From Candidatus Eiseniibacteriota bacterium (GTDB lineage: Bacteria; Eisenbacteria; RBG-16-71-46; SZUA-252): DNA of 63,561 nucleotides. This document shows positions 1-9,188 of the stretch, in pieces (position 1 is the first letter of the stretch; every line of letters begins with the position of its first letter). Both the position numbers and the translations under genes were made by a program. The stretch lies in NCBI GenBank assembly GCA_035494915.1, contig DATJGP010000173.1:1-63561 (forward strand), in the 5' to 3' direction. The notes beneath the pieces are model-generated. The model had not been told where the DNA came from. It saw only the letters and a list, made by a program, of their open reading frames with translations, and did not search any database.

Positions 1-1
1 A

Positions 2-988
2 CCGACGGGCGCACCATCCACATCTAGCGACGCCGAGGGCCGCGCCGACAGCGACCGCCGGAGCCAGGCGGGCGAGAAGCGGAAGCCGCTGCGCCAGTAT
101 CAGCCGCTCACGCTGACGCCGCCGGGCCCGCGCCGCCCCGATTGGCTCCGCGCGCGCATTCCGTCCGGCAAGGAGTACCAGGAGACGAAGGCGATCCTTC
201 GCACCCTGGATCTCCACACCGTCTGCGAGAGCGCGAACTGCCCGAACATCGGCGATTGCTTCTCGCGCCACACCGCCACGTTCCTCATCCTCGGCAACGT
301 CTGCACCCGGGCTTGCCCGTTCTGCGACATACGCAGCGGGAAGCCGCTTCCCGTGGACCCGGACGAGCCGGCGCGCGTCGCCGATGCGGTGCGGCGCCTC
401 GGACTCCACTATACCGTCGTCACATCCGTGAATCGGGACGAGCTTCCGGACGGCGGCGCGGTGCACTTCGCGCAGACGATCCGCGCGATCCACGAGGCGC
501 TACCCAGCGTGAAGGTCGAAGTGCTGATCCCCGACTTCCTCGGGGACGAAGCCGCGCTCGAGACCGTGCTCGAAGCGCGCCCGGACGTCTTGAACCACAA
601 TCTCGAGACCGTGAAGCGCCTCTACAAGCGCGTGCGCCCGGCGGGGAAGTACGACCGGTCGCTCGAGCTCCTGCGTCGGGTCGCGGCCCACACCCCCGCG
701 ATCCCGGCGAAGTCCGGGATCATGGTCGGAATCGGCGAGACGGTGGAGGAAGTGGAAGAGCTCCTGCGCGACATTCACGCCCAGGGTGTGTCGATGGCCA
801 CCATCGGGCAGTACCTGCCGCCGTCGAAGAACCATCTCCCGCTCGAGCGGTACGTCACGCCCGACGAGTTCGCGCACTACCGCGAATACGGACTCGCGCT
901 CGGCATCCGCCAGGTCGCGTCAGGACCGCTCGTGCGGAGCAGCTACCACGCCGAGGAGCAGGCGGGAGAGACCGTCTTCATCCCCTGA
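2..988 (+). CDS. lipA: lipoyl synthase (radical SAM); true start at or beyond the left window edge
   Basis: The frame of track ORF 353..988 stays open back to nt 2 with no ATG/GTG. The upstream part encodes C-ESAN-C-PNIGD-C (CX4CX5C auxiliary cluster) and C-TRA-C-PF-C (CX3CX2C radical-SAM cluster). The downstream part has SGIMVGIGET and RSSYHA LipA-type motifs. Confidence 0.9.
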   Translation, partial: PTGAPSTSSDAEGRADSDRRSQAGEKRKPLRQYQPLTLTPPGPRRPDWLRARIPSGKEYQETKAILRTLDLHTVCESANCPNIGDCFSRHTATFLILGNVCTRACPFCDIRSGKPLPVDPDEPARVADAVRRLGLHYTVVTSVNRDELPDGGAVHFAQTIRAIHEALPSVKVEVLIPDFLGDEAALETVLEARPDVLNHNLETVKRLYKRVRPAGKYDRSLELLRRVAAHTPAIPAKSGIMVGIGETVEEVEELLRDIHAQGVSMATIGQYLPPSKNHLPLERYVTPDEFAHYREYGLALGIRQVASGPLVRSSYHAEEQAGETVFIP

Positions 989-1004
989 GGAGCCGCCCAA
1001 CCCT

Positions 1005-2339
1005 CTAGAGGAACGTCCCCGTGAGCAGCACCTTGGCGGCCGTGAAGTAGATCATCAGTCCGGTCACGTCGACGAGCGTCGCGACGAAGGGGGCGGAGGC
1101 CGTCGCGGGGTCCAGCCCGAGCCTACGGAGCAGGAAGGGCAGCATCGACCCGACCAGGGTTCCCCAGAGAACGACGCCCACGAGGCTCACCGCGACGCAG
1201 AGGGCCAGGATCACATGGTGCGGACCGTAGGCGTGGAAGAGTACCTGCCACAGCGTGATTCTCGCGATCCCGATGGTGGCCAGGATCGCCCCGAGACCGA
1301 GGCCGGAGAGGATCTCGCGCCGCATGACGTGCCACCAGTCGCGGAGCTTCACCTCTCCCAGAGCCATGGCACGGATGACGATGGTCGTTGCCTGGCTTCC
1401 AGAGTTCCCGCCGCTCGAGATGACGAGAGGAACGAAGAGCGCCAGCACGACCGCCCGCGCGATCTCGTCCTGGTAGTACCCCATGGCGGTCGCGGTCAGG
1501 GTCTCTCCAAGGAATAGAAACGCGAGCCAGCCCGCGCGTTTCTTGATCATCTGGCCGATGCCCACCCGGAGATACGGCGCGTCGAGCACCGCGGTACCGC
1601 CGATCTTCTGGATGTCCTCCGTGGCCTCCTCGCGCACGACGTCGACGATGTCGTCGAGGGTGACGATCCCCTTCATACGCCCCTCGGAATCGACGACGGG
1701 GAAGGCCATGAGCCGATAGGTCGCGAAGAGGCGGCTCACTTCTTCCTGGTCCATGGCCTCGGGCACCGTGACGAGGTCCGTGCGCATGATCGACTCGATC
1801 TTCTGGTCCGACTTCGCGGTGATGAGGTCGCGATAGCTGACCACGCCGAGGAGCTTGTTTTCGTGCGAGAGCACGTACGCGTAGGTGAGGGTCTCCGCCC
1901 GCTCGGCGGCGACGCGCCTCAGATAGGTGATCGCCTCGTCCACGGACATGTCGGGACGGAGCCGCGCGTACCGCGGGTTCATGAGCCCGCCGGCGTCGTC
2001 CTCCGCGTAGGCGAGGAGGCCGCTCACGTCCGAGCGGGTCGGATCGTCGAGCAGCTGGAGCAGCTCTTCCCTCTGCTCGGGCTCTAGCTCCTGCACCAGA
2101 TCCGCGGCGTCGTCGGGGGCGAGGAGGCGCATCCACGAGCGGCGCTCGGCCGGTGGAAGGGCGAGGAGGAGCTCGGCCTGATCGCGCGCGCTCAGGCTGA
2201 GGAAGAAGTCCTCGGCCTCGGTGCGCTCGAGCGCGCGAAAGCTCTCGAGACGATCGGACGGGACCAGGAGCGACCATGCCTCCTGGAGATCCGCCGTCGA
2301 GAGCGGTTCCTCGAGCTCGGGTTCCGGGCTGGACGTCAT
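1005..2339 (-). CDS. mgtE: magnesium transporter MgtE
   Basis: Acidic MgtE_N helical region, tandem CBS pair and C-terminal 5-TM channel domain (GGNSGSQA, DVTGLMIYF). The ATG at 2339 has GGAGG 5 nt upstream on the minus strand. The track start at 2384 is a GTG without an SD. Confidence 0.9.
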   Translation of the reverse strand: MTSSPEPELEEPLSTADLQEAWSLLVPSDRLESFRALERTEAEDFFLSLSARDQAELLLALPPAERRSWMRLLAPDDAADLVQELEPEQREELLQLLDDPTRSDVSGLLAYAEDDAGGLMNPRYARLRPDMSVDEAITYLRRVAAERAETLTYAYVLSHENKLLGVVSYRDLITAKSDQKIESIMRTDLVTVPEAMDQEEVSRLFATYRLMAFPVVDSEGRMKGIVTLDDIVDVVREEATEDIQKIGGTAVLDAPYLRVGIGQMIKKRAGWLAFLFLGETLTATAMGYYQDEIARAVVLALFVPLVISSGGNSGSQATTIVIRAMALGEVKLRDWWHVMRREILSGLGLGAILATIGIARITLWQVLFHAYGPHHVILALCVAVSLVGVVLWGTLVGSMLPFLLRRLGLDPATASAPFVATLVDVTGLMIYFTAAKVLLTGTFL

Positions 2340-2549
2340 GACCGCCTCCGCATCGAAAGGGGGGAGTGCCCGCGGACCGGGCACGAGCGCCGATGGTACC
2401 GGCCGCTCGCTCCATCATCAACCCTGGAGCGGCCTTCCGGGTGCCCGTTTGCGAAGTTGGGGGCGCCCCCGGGTCCGGCGCGAAAGGGCCAAGCTAGGGT
2501 ACAATAGGGCAGCGGCGCTCCCCGCGCTGCTACCGAGGGGGTCCAAACC

Positions 2550-3977
2550 ATGTCATCCCGTGTGCGTCCCACGCTGCTCGTCGTCGACGACGATCCCGGA
2601 TCGTCCGGTCTTCTGCGCGAAGTCTTCGTGCAGGAGGGCTACGACGTCTCCGTGGCGCAGAGCGGCGCCGAGGCGCTGAAGCAGGCAGCCGAGCGTCCCT
2701 TCGACGTCGTGCTGAGCGACGTCCAGATGCCGGACATCGACGGGATCGAGGTGCTGCGCAGGCTTCGCGGCGTGGCCCCCGACTCGACCGTGATTCTCGT
2801 CACGGCCTACAGCACGATCGAGATGGCCATCCGCGCGCTCAACGAGGGGGCGTTCGACTACGTGCGCAAGCCCTTCAAGCTCGACGAGGTGCGGCGCGTG
2901 GTGGAGCGGGCCATGGAGCGCCGCCGCGCGCGCGAGCAGACGCCCAAGACCGCGCCGGCGTCGGCTCCGACTCCGTCGGCCCAGGAGCCGAGGCGTCGCG
3001 GCCGTCCGATTGCGGCGATCATCGGCTCGCATCCGGACATGGTCGAGCTCTTCAAGCTCGTCTCGCGCGTCGCGGGGACGAAGAGCTCGGTCATGATCAT
3101 CGGCGAGAGCGGCACGGGCAAGGAGCTCATCGCGCGGACGATCCACGAAGCCTCCACGCGCCGGGACCGCCCCTTCGTTGCGGTGAACTGTACGAGCCTC
3201 TCGGAGACGCTCTTGGAGTCCGAGCTCTTCGGCCACGTGAAGGGGGCCTTCACCGGCGCCATCGAGCGACGCCCGGGGCTCTTCCTCGAGGCCAACCGGG
3301 GCACCGTGTTCCTGGACGAGGTGGGGGACATGTCGCTCTCGATGCAGGCGAAGCTCCTCCGTGTGCTGCAGGAGGAAGAGGTGAAGCCGGTCGGGGGCAC
3401 GGACACCGTACCGGTCGATGTGCGCGTGGTCGCGGCCACGCACCAGGACCTCGAGGCGCTCGTGCGCACGGGGCGATTTCGGCTCGATCTCTATTACCGG
3501 CTCCACGTGGTGGCGCTGCGGGTGCCGCCCCTTCGCGAGCGGCGCGACGACATTCCAGTCCTGGCCGAGCACTTCCTCCGCGAGTACGGACTCCTCGCGC
3601 AGCGGCCGATCCAGGGCTTCTCCACCAAAGCGATGCGCGCCTTGATGAACTATCCCTGGCCCGGAAACGTCCGGGAGCTCGAAAACGTCGTGGAACGCGC
3701 CGTCGCGCTCGCGCCGGGGTCGATCGTCGAGGAGTCGGATCTCCCGGACAAGATCGTCCACCATGCCGGGCCGATCCCGGCGACGCCCGGGGGGCAGGCC
3801 ACCTTGGACGAAATGACCCGACGATACGTCCTCTCGGTTCTCGACAAGGTCCGCGGGAACAAGACTGAGGCCGCCCGGATCCTGGGGGTGCCACGGCGGA
3901 CGCTCTACCGGATGCTCGAACGTTACGGGGTCGCCTCCGAAGAGGAAGTGAGCCAATCTGGCACATCGATTCATTGA
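2550..3977 (+). CDS. sigma-54-dependent response regulator (REC + AAA+ bEBP + Fis-type HTH, NtrC family)
   Basis: REC domain (LLVVDDD...DVVLSDVQMPDIDG...KPF). AAA+ sigma-54 interaction domain (GESGTGKE Walker A, ESELFGHVKGAFTGA GAFTGA loop, VRVVAAT). C-terminal HTH (NKTEAARILGVPRRTLYRMLERYGV). No histidine kinase gene is adjacent. Confidence 0.92.
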   Translation: MSSRVRPTLLVVDDDPGSSGLLREVFVQEGYDVSVAQSGAEALKQAAERPFDVVLSDVQMPDIDGIEVLRRLRGVAPDSTVILVTAYSTIEMAIRALNEGAFDYVRKPFKLDEVRRVVERAMERRRAREQTPKTAPASAPTPSAQEPRRRGRPIAAIIGSHPDMVELFKLVSRVAGTKSSVMIIGESGTGKELIARTIHEASTRRDRPFVAVNCTSLSETLLESELFGHVKGAFTGAIERRPGLFLEANRGTVFLDEVGDMSLSMQAKLLRVLQEEEVKPVGGTDTVPVDVRVVAATHQDLEALVRTGRFRLDLYYRLHVVALRVPPLRERRDDIPVLAEHFLREYGLLAQRPIQGFSTKAMRALMNYPWPGNVRELENVVERAVALAPGSIVEESDLPDKIVHHAGPIPATPGGQATLDEMTRRYVLSVLDKVRGNKTEAARILGVPRRTLYRMLERYGVASEEEVSQSGTSIH

Positions 3978-4160
3978 TTGGCTCACGTATCTTAACTGAT
4001 TTGTTGCATTTCGTTTAGAACGACTCATCCACACCCGCGGTACCCTGCGGCACAAAAACCTCGCCGGTCTCGTTCCGAGTTCTCTCGGAGCCCTTTTGCC
4101 AAGCTCTATTTCCACAATAGCTTAAGGCCACTTTCAAAACGTTCGCGGCTTCGATTGCCA

Positions 4161-4176
4161 TGGCACGGTGAGTGCA
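4161..4176 (+). promoter_or_regulatory. candidate sigma-54 (-24/-12) promoter element
   Basis: TGGCAC-GGTGA-GTGCA versus consensus TGGCAC-N5-TTGCA, with one deviation. It lies in a non-coding AT-richer spacer directly downstream of a bEBP gene. A perfect inverted repeat TCCGAG-N4-CTCGGA at 4074..4089 sits about 75-90 nt upstream and could be an enhancer. Confidence 0.45.
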
Positions 4177-4437
4177 AAAGCACTAGGCCGTACCCAGACC
4201 TCACGGCTGGGACCCAGCGCGGTCCGCGCGCGTGTGCACGACACCCTGCCCTGCTTCGGCGTATCGGATCGCGTGTGGGTTCACGTCGACGGTTCAGGCC
4301 CCTGGTAGCTGGCGGCAGCCTCGCGATGCTTCTGCCCCCCACACTTCGCGAGAACCGCCCTCCAGGGGCTTTTCTTTGGCCCGAACCGGCATTTCGCGTG
4401 GACACGACCCAGACCCGTTTCTAGACTTGCCGTCCCA

Positions 4438-7428
4438 GTGAAACCCCCCAACATTTTGCGTCTCGCCGTCATCGCCGTCGCCCTGCTCGTGGGCGCCGCC
4501 GCGCTCCAGGGCGCGCCGGCTCAGCCGGCTCAGCCACCCGCATCGGCGAAATCCGCCGCGAAGTCTCCGGCCAAGCCCAGATCGCAGCCTCCCGCTCCCG
4601 CCCCGCGGCCGGACGAGGTCGGCATGGTGGACGGCATTCCCATCTACCAGGTCGATTGGGACCGTCTGGCCGATCCCTACTTCGAGGAGGTCGAGGCCAA
4701 GGCGGGGCGCAAGCTGAACGACGACGAGAAGAAGCTCCTGCGCAAGAACATCCTCGACGAGCTGATTCGCGAACGCCTGTGGCTGGCCGACGCCCGCCGC
4801 CGCGGGATGGTCGCGACCGAGGCGGCGGTCGACTCCCGCATGAAGCAGAACGACTACTTCAAGAAGGGGGGCAAGGTCGACGAGGCCATGTTCCAGCGCT
4901 TCAAGAAGTCGGACACCTCGAACTATCCGGCGCTCAAGGACGAGATCCAGGACGCGATCCTCCTCGAGGAATACGTCCGATGGATGGAGCGGCGGTTCGG
5001 CCCGCGCGACGCCGAGCTTCGGAAAGAGTTCGAGGCGCGGAGCGCGACCGCGACCATCCGCTACATGCTCATGGGCCCCGACGCGGTGTCCCTCGATCCC
5101 GAGGCGACTCCGGCCCAGATCCGCGCCTACTACGACGCGCATCCGGACGAGTTCGAGAGCGCCGACGAGGCGCACATCCAGTACATCCGCATTCCCATCG
5201 GCGCGGACGCGTCGGTGCCCGACTCGGCCAGGGAGAATGCCGCGCAGGCTGCTTCCAAGATCGCCTCGGACGTGATCGCCGCGATTCGCACGGGGGCTCC
5301 CGCCGAGACGGCGGCCAAGCCGTACGGCGGCATTCAGGACCCAGGCTGGTTCAAGCTCGGCGATCCCATCCGGGGCATCGGCCGCTCCGAGGCGCTGACG
5401 GCCGCGATCAAGGGGGTCGATCCACCGGTCTGGATCCGTGAGCCGCTGCGCATCGGACCGATGTACCTGGTCGTGAACGTGGTGGAGCGCCGGCGCGCGA
5501 AGCGTCTTCCGTTCCACGACGTCGTCTACTACGCCAAGCGCAAAGCCGATCTCGAGGTGCGGGACCAGATGATCGACTCGCTCGCGCGAGAGGACGTGCG
5601 GCTCCATCCCGAGTCCTACTACGCGCCCAAGATCGAGGTCTCGATCGTCGCGCGCGGCCTCAACACGTTCGAATCGGGCTCGCCTCCGACTCCGAAGGAG
5701 ATCGATCGGCGCCTCGAGAAGCTGAAGGACGACCTCCATCTACCCGACTCGTCGCGCGCCTACCTGGACTCGACGCGCGCGAGCATCCCCGCGCTCATCC
5801 TCCAGGAGCGCCAGGTCAAGTCGGGCTTCCACGTCATGAAGGACGCCGCGGGGAAGCTCGCCAAGAAGGAATCGGCCGCCCGTGTGGCGTCGCGCTATGG
5901 CGGCGTCCTGAGCCTCCTTCGCACGTACCGCGGACAGCCTCCCGAGCGCGCGTCGCTCCTCGAGGGGAAGCTCCTCGACAGCCTCTACACGATGCGGGCC
6001 GGAGCCGTCGTCGGACCCCGGGTGAAGGACGACTCGGTGTACGTGGTCCGTCTCGAGTCGATCGACGGCACGCACGTGCCTCCGTTCTCGGAGATCCGGG
6101 AGGATGCGCGCGCGGCGGCGGAGGCGAAGCAGAGGGCCGACATCGCTCGCGAGGCCGAGGCCTGGTTCAGCGCGCGGGGAGGCAGCTACCGCACCGCGAG
6201 CAAGTACCTGCTCGACGTCGTCTTCTTCGCGAAGAAGAAACCGGAGCAGATCACGGTGCCCGATGATTCGATCGCGTCCTACTGGCGCGACCATCCGCTC
6301 GAGTTCACCGAGCCCGCGAAGGCGAAGGTCCGTCACATCCTCGTGCGCTCGCAGGATGCAACCACGCTCGACGCCGCGCGCCAGAAGGCCCTCGCGGCCC
6401 GGAAGCGTCTCGTCGCCGGCGAGGACTTCGCGGTCGTGGCGCGGGAGATGTCCGAGGACGCCACGTCCGCGACCCGGGGCGGCGACCTCGGCGAGCTCAC
6501 CCGGGGCGCCGTGCCGAAGGAGTTCGGGGACGCCATCATGAGCCTCGGGATCGGTGAATTCAGCGACCCCATCGAGACCAAGTTCGGGTACCACATCGTG
6601 CAAGTCGAGTCCCGGACGCCGGAGCGCCTGCGTCCGCTGGAGGAGTGCAAGACGGAGATCCGCGGTGTGATCGCCGACCAGATCGCCGATTCGCTCGCGC
6701 GCATTCCGGCCCGCATCCTCGCGGACCGTGCGAGCCGGGTGGGCTACCACGCCGCCGACTCGCTGGCCGCGCCGTATGGGGGTTGGACGCGGAAGGGCCC
6801 GGTGGGTGCGGACGGAGAGATCGAGGGCGTCGGCAAGATTCCGTTCCTCGCACGCGTGGTCGCCTCGCTCGCCGACAGCGGCGTGGCGGCGGAGCCGGTC
6901 GAGCTTCCCGAAGGGGATGTCGTCCTCCGGAAGATGCGCGAAGAAGCTCCGAGGCAAGCGCGCTTCGAGGAGGTCCGCGACAAGGCGATCGCCGACTATC
7001 AGGAAGAGCGCAAGCGGGCGGAGGCGGATTCGCTCAACACGCGCTTCAAGGCGGCCCTCAGGGAGGGCGCCGATCCCGAGACGCTCTTCGTGGCTTATGG
7101 GGGACTTCGCCCGAGCAAGTCGTTTGGACGTCAGGGTCCGATTCCGGACTTTCAGAAAGACGCGGTGCTCGGGCGCGACTCGACCTATCTCGCCCGCGTC
7201 TTCGCGTCGAAGCCGAAAACCGTACTGCCCCCCCTCACGGGGTCGAGCGGCACGCTCTACGGCGTGGTCGACACCGTGACGATCCCGCCCGCGAGCGATT
7301 TCGCGCGACAGCGCGACGCGCTCCTCCGCCAGGTGCTGGACGAGCGGATCGACGCGTGGACCGGACGCCTCCGGACCAAGGCGCCGATTCGGATGAACCG
7401 GAAGGACCTGCAGGCGCTCGTCAGCTGA
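4438..7428 (+). CDS. periplasmic peptidyl-prolyl isomerase/chaperone, PpiD/SurA family (unusually long, 996 aa)
   Basis: N-terminal signal/anchor (ILRLAVIAVALLVGAAALQGAPA). One parvulin/PpiC rotamase domain (ARHILV...SEDATSATRGGDLGELTRGAVPKEFGDAIMSLGIGEFSDPIETKFGYHIVQVESR). Long SurA_N-like helical chaperone regions lie before and after it. GTG start; exact start uncertain (an in-frame TTG lies 18 nt downstream). Confidence 0.8.
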   Translation: MKPPNILRLAVIAVALLVGAAALQGAPAQPAQPPASAKSAAKSPAKPRSQPPAPAPRPDEVGMVDGIPIYQVDWDRLADPYFEEVEAKAGRKLNDDEKKLLRKNILDELIRERLWLADARRRGMVATEAAVDSRMKQNDYFKKGGKVDEAMFQRFKKSDTSNYPALKDEIQDAILLEEYVRWMERRFGPRDAELRKEFEARSATATIRYMLMGPDAVSLDPEATPAQIRAYYDAHPDEFESADEAHIQYIRIPIGADASVPDSARENAAQAASKIASDVIAAIRTGAPAETAAKPYGGIQDPGWFKLGDPIRGIGRSEALTAAIKGVDPPVWIREPLRIGPMYLVVNVVERRRAKRLPFHDVVYYAKRKADLEVRDQMIDSLAREDVRLHPESYYAPKIEVSIVARGLNTFESGSPPTPKEIDRRLEKLKDDLHLPDSSRAYLDSTRASIPALILQERQVKSGFHVMKDAAGKLAKKESAARVASRYGGVLSLLRTYRGQPPERASLLEGKLLDSLYTMRAGAVVGPRVKDDSVYVVRLESIDGTHVPPFSEIREDARAAAEAKQRADIAREAEAWFSARGGSYRTASKYLLDVVFFAKKKPEQITVPDDSIASYWRDHPLEFTEPAKAKVRHILVRSQDATTLDAARQKALAARKRLVAGEDFAVVAREMSEDATSATRGGDLGELTRGAVPKEFGDAIMSLGIGEFSDPIETKFGYHIVQVESRTPERLRPLEECKTEIRGVIADQIADSLARIPARILADRASRVGYHAADSLAAPYGGWTRKGPVGADGEIEGVGKIPFLARVVASLADSGVAAEPVELPEGDVVLRKMREEAPRQARFEEVRDKAIADYQEERKRAEADSLNTRFKAALREGADPETLFVAYGGLRPSKSFGRQGPIPDFQKDAVLGRDSTYLARVFASKPKTVLPPLTGSSGTLYGVVDTVTIPPASDFARQRDALLRQVLDERIDAWTGRLRTKAPIRMNRKDLQALVS

Positions 7429-7491
7429 GGTACCATTCAGGTTCCTCGAGCTTCGTCACCCCGCGCGTTCCCGCTCCCGGAGGGTTGGATC

Positions 7492-8178
7492 ATGAATCGG
7501 GAGTCGGGCGTCTTGATGCACGATGTGGAGGAGTCGGAGCGGCCGCGTGAGCGCCTGTTCGAGCTGGGACCGGGCGCGCTGTCCGATGCGGATCTCGTCG
7601 CGCTCGTTCTCGGCGTTGGAAGCGGAGGCGAGAGCGTGCTGGATGTCGCCGCGCGCGTCACGCGCACCATCCAACTCCGGCGGCTCCATCAAACCGCGGT
7701 GGAGGACATCCTCGCGGTCAAGGGCATGGGCCCGGCCCGCGCGGCGCAGCTCCTCGCGGCGGCGGAGATCGGGCGGAGGATCTGGCCCGACGCCGATCCC
7801 ATCCCGCTCGTGCGTGGACCGGAGACGATCTTCGAGCTGACGGCGGACATCCGGCGCTCGAACCGGGAGCATTTCGTGGGCTTCTACCTGAATTCGCGGA
7901 ACCAGGTGCTCCGCCGGGAGATCATCTCCATCGGGAGCCTGAACGCGAGCATCGTCCACCCCCGCGAGGTCTTCATCCCGGCGCTCGCGGTTTCCGCGGC
8001 GAGCCTGATCCTCGCGCACAACCACCCCTCCGGCGATCCCTCGCCCAGCGAGGAGGACCTGGCCATCACACGCCGCATCGCCGAGTCGGGACGCCTCCTC
8101 GGAGTGGAGCTCCTGGACCACGTCGTTGTCGCCCGCGAGGCGTACACGAGCTTCAAGGAGCGGAGGCTCCTCCGATGA
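7492..8178 (+). CDS. radC: RadC-family JAB/MPN domain protein
   Basis: N-terminal HhH region (RPRERLFELGPGALSDADLVALVLG) and JAMM motif HNHPSGDPSPSEEDLAITRRI. Confidence 0.9.
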   Translation: MNRESGVLMHDVEESERPRERLFELGPGALSDADLVALVLGVGSGGESVLDVAARVTRTIQLRRLHQTAVEDILAVKGMGPARAAQLLAAAEIGRRIWPDADPIPLVRGPETIFELTADIRRSNREHFVGFYLNSRNQVLRREIISIGSLNASIVHPREVFIPALAVSAASLILAHNHPSGDPSPSEEDLAITRRIAESGRLLGVELLDHVVVAREAYTSFKERRLLR

Positions 8179-9188
8179 GGGGCCGGTGGTGCGCCCTCGC
8201 GCTCGCCCTCGTCGTCGCCGGGTGCGCGGGCTCGCGTCCTCCGGAAGAGCCCGAGGCCAAGATCGATCCGCACGCATCGCCGGCGCAGCTGATCGCGCTC
8301 TCCGACTCCGCGCTCGCGGTCGCGGAGCCCGCGCTCGCCCGGCGCGCGCTCGAGCGCGCGGCCTCCCTCGCGCCGCAGAGCGCGGCGGTGCGGCTGGGTT
8401 ACGGGCGGTTCTACACGGCGATCCAGCGGTACAAGGACGCGAAGACCGAGTTCGAGCGTGCGGAGGCGCTCGATCCATCGAGCCCAGAGCCCGCGTACCA
8501 GCTCGGGCTCGCGTACCTGAAGGCGGGACAACAGGACCTCGCGTTCGCGTCCCTCTCCCGGGCGATCCACATGGAACCCAAGCACGAGGAAGCCTGGAGG
8601 GCCATCCGGCCGATGCTCGAGGAGCGCTACAAGCGCGCCGGCGTGCCCCCGGAGTACGCGTCCCTTCCCGTCGCCGCGAGCGTGTCGCGCGGCGAGCTCG
8701 GGGTGATTCTGGCGGTCGAGGCGGGGCTCGATCCGGACCGCGTCTCCTTCCAGGCGGACGCGTCCTATCGGGCGGATTGGCCCGCCATCGACAAGGCGTG
8801 GGGCTCGCGATGGCTTCGCGCATCGGTGGCGCGCGGCTGGATCGCCCCCTTTGCGGACCGGGATCTCCATCTCGACGATCCGCTCACGCGGGGCAATCTC
8901 GCCGTGCTGCTCGGGCGAATCGAGGCGGCCTCGCCGCGCGCTCCCGCGGACACGACGCGCGCGGCGCCGGTGCTGACCGCGACCTTTCCCGACCTCGGGA
9001 GCCGCCACTACCTCGGGCACGCCGCGGCCGAGGCGGTCCGCCTCGGGCTGCCGGAGCGCGACGGAGGGCGCTTCGAGGCGGAGGCGCTCGCGACGGGGGC
9101 GGAGACCTTGTCCGTGGTGCGCGGGCTCGCGCACCGCATGGGGGCGCTTCCGATCGTTTCGATCGACCCCGTCCCTCTGGTAAAATGA
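8175..9188 (+). CDS. lipoprotein with TPR repeats and SLH-like repeats
   Basis: Lipobox LVVAGC after a signal peptide. TPR-like helices (AVRLGYGRFYTAIQRYKDAKTEFERAEALDPSSPEPAYQLGLAYLKAGQ). C-terminal SLH-like segments (SRGELGVILAVE, TRGNLAVLLGRI, FPDLGSRHYLGHAAAEAV). ATGA overlap with the radC stop. Confidence 0.7.
   Translation: MRGRWCALALALVVAGCAGSRPPEEPEAKIDPHASPAQLIALSDSALAVAEPALARRALERAASLAPQSAAVRLGYGRFYTAIQRYKDAKTEFERAEALDPSSPEPAYQLGLAYLKAGQQDLAFASLSRAIHMEPKHEEAWRAIRPMLEERYKRAGVPPEYASLPVAASVSRGELGVILAVEAGLDPDRVSFQADASYRADWPAIDKAWGSRWLRASVARGWIAPFADRDLHLDDPLTRGNLAVLLGRIEAASPRAPADTTRAAPVLTATFPDLGSRHYLGHAAAEAVRLGLPERDGGRFEAEALATGAETLSVVRGLAHRMGALPIVSIDPVPLVK

Noticed and set aside
2340-2549. 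Possible Mg2+ (M-box) riboswitch upstream of mgtE, and a sigma-70 promoter for the regulator gene (TACAAT at 2500..2505).
   Set aside because: I could not find the conserved M-box core motifs on the minus strand. The TACAAT has no acceptable -35 at 16-18 nt, so the evidence is too weak to annotate.
3959-3976. A second TGGCAC motif (TGGCAC-ATCGA-TTCAT) at the 3' end of the NtrC-family gene.
   Set aside because: The -12 element lacks the conserved GC dinucleotide and the motif lies inside the CDS. The 4161 site is much closer to consensus.
2553-4115. 520-aa minus-strand ORF antisense to the NtrC-family gene. Similar very long antisense or alternative-frame ORFs occur at 4294..5739 -, 7456..8823 -, 7884..9368 -, 19795..22431 -, 28690..31200 -, 32087..34066 -, 41733..44066 -, 47867..49513 - and 55399..56454 -.
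   Set aside because: All lie opposite or out of frame to genes with unmistakable family motifs. Their translations are Arg/Pro/Gly/Ala/His-rich with no recognisable domains. This is the expected stop-codon-poor shadow of a ~70% GC genome.
4106-4472. Small ORFs in the spacer (99 aa -, 89 aa +, 69 aa +, 63 aa -).
   Set aside because: They overlap each other on both strands, have no SD, have Arg-rich composition, and are placed in a region better explained as promoter and leader.
8126-9184. 353-codon N-terminal extension of the large secreted protein ORF (the track start is 8126).
   Set aside because: It overlaps the TPR/SLH lipoprotein gene in another frame and is Arg/Gly/Ala-rich junk. A proper signal peptide begins at the ATGATG at 9185, exactly at the upstream stop.
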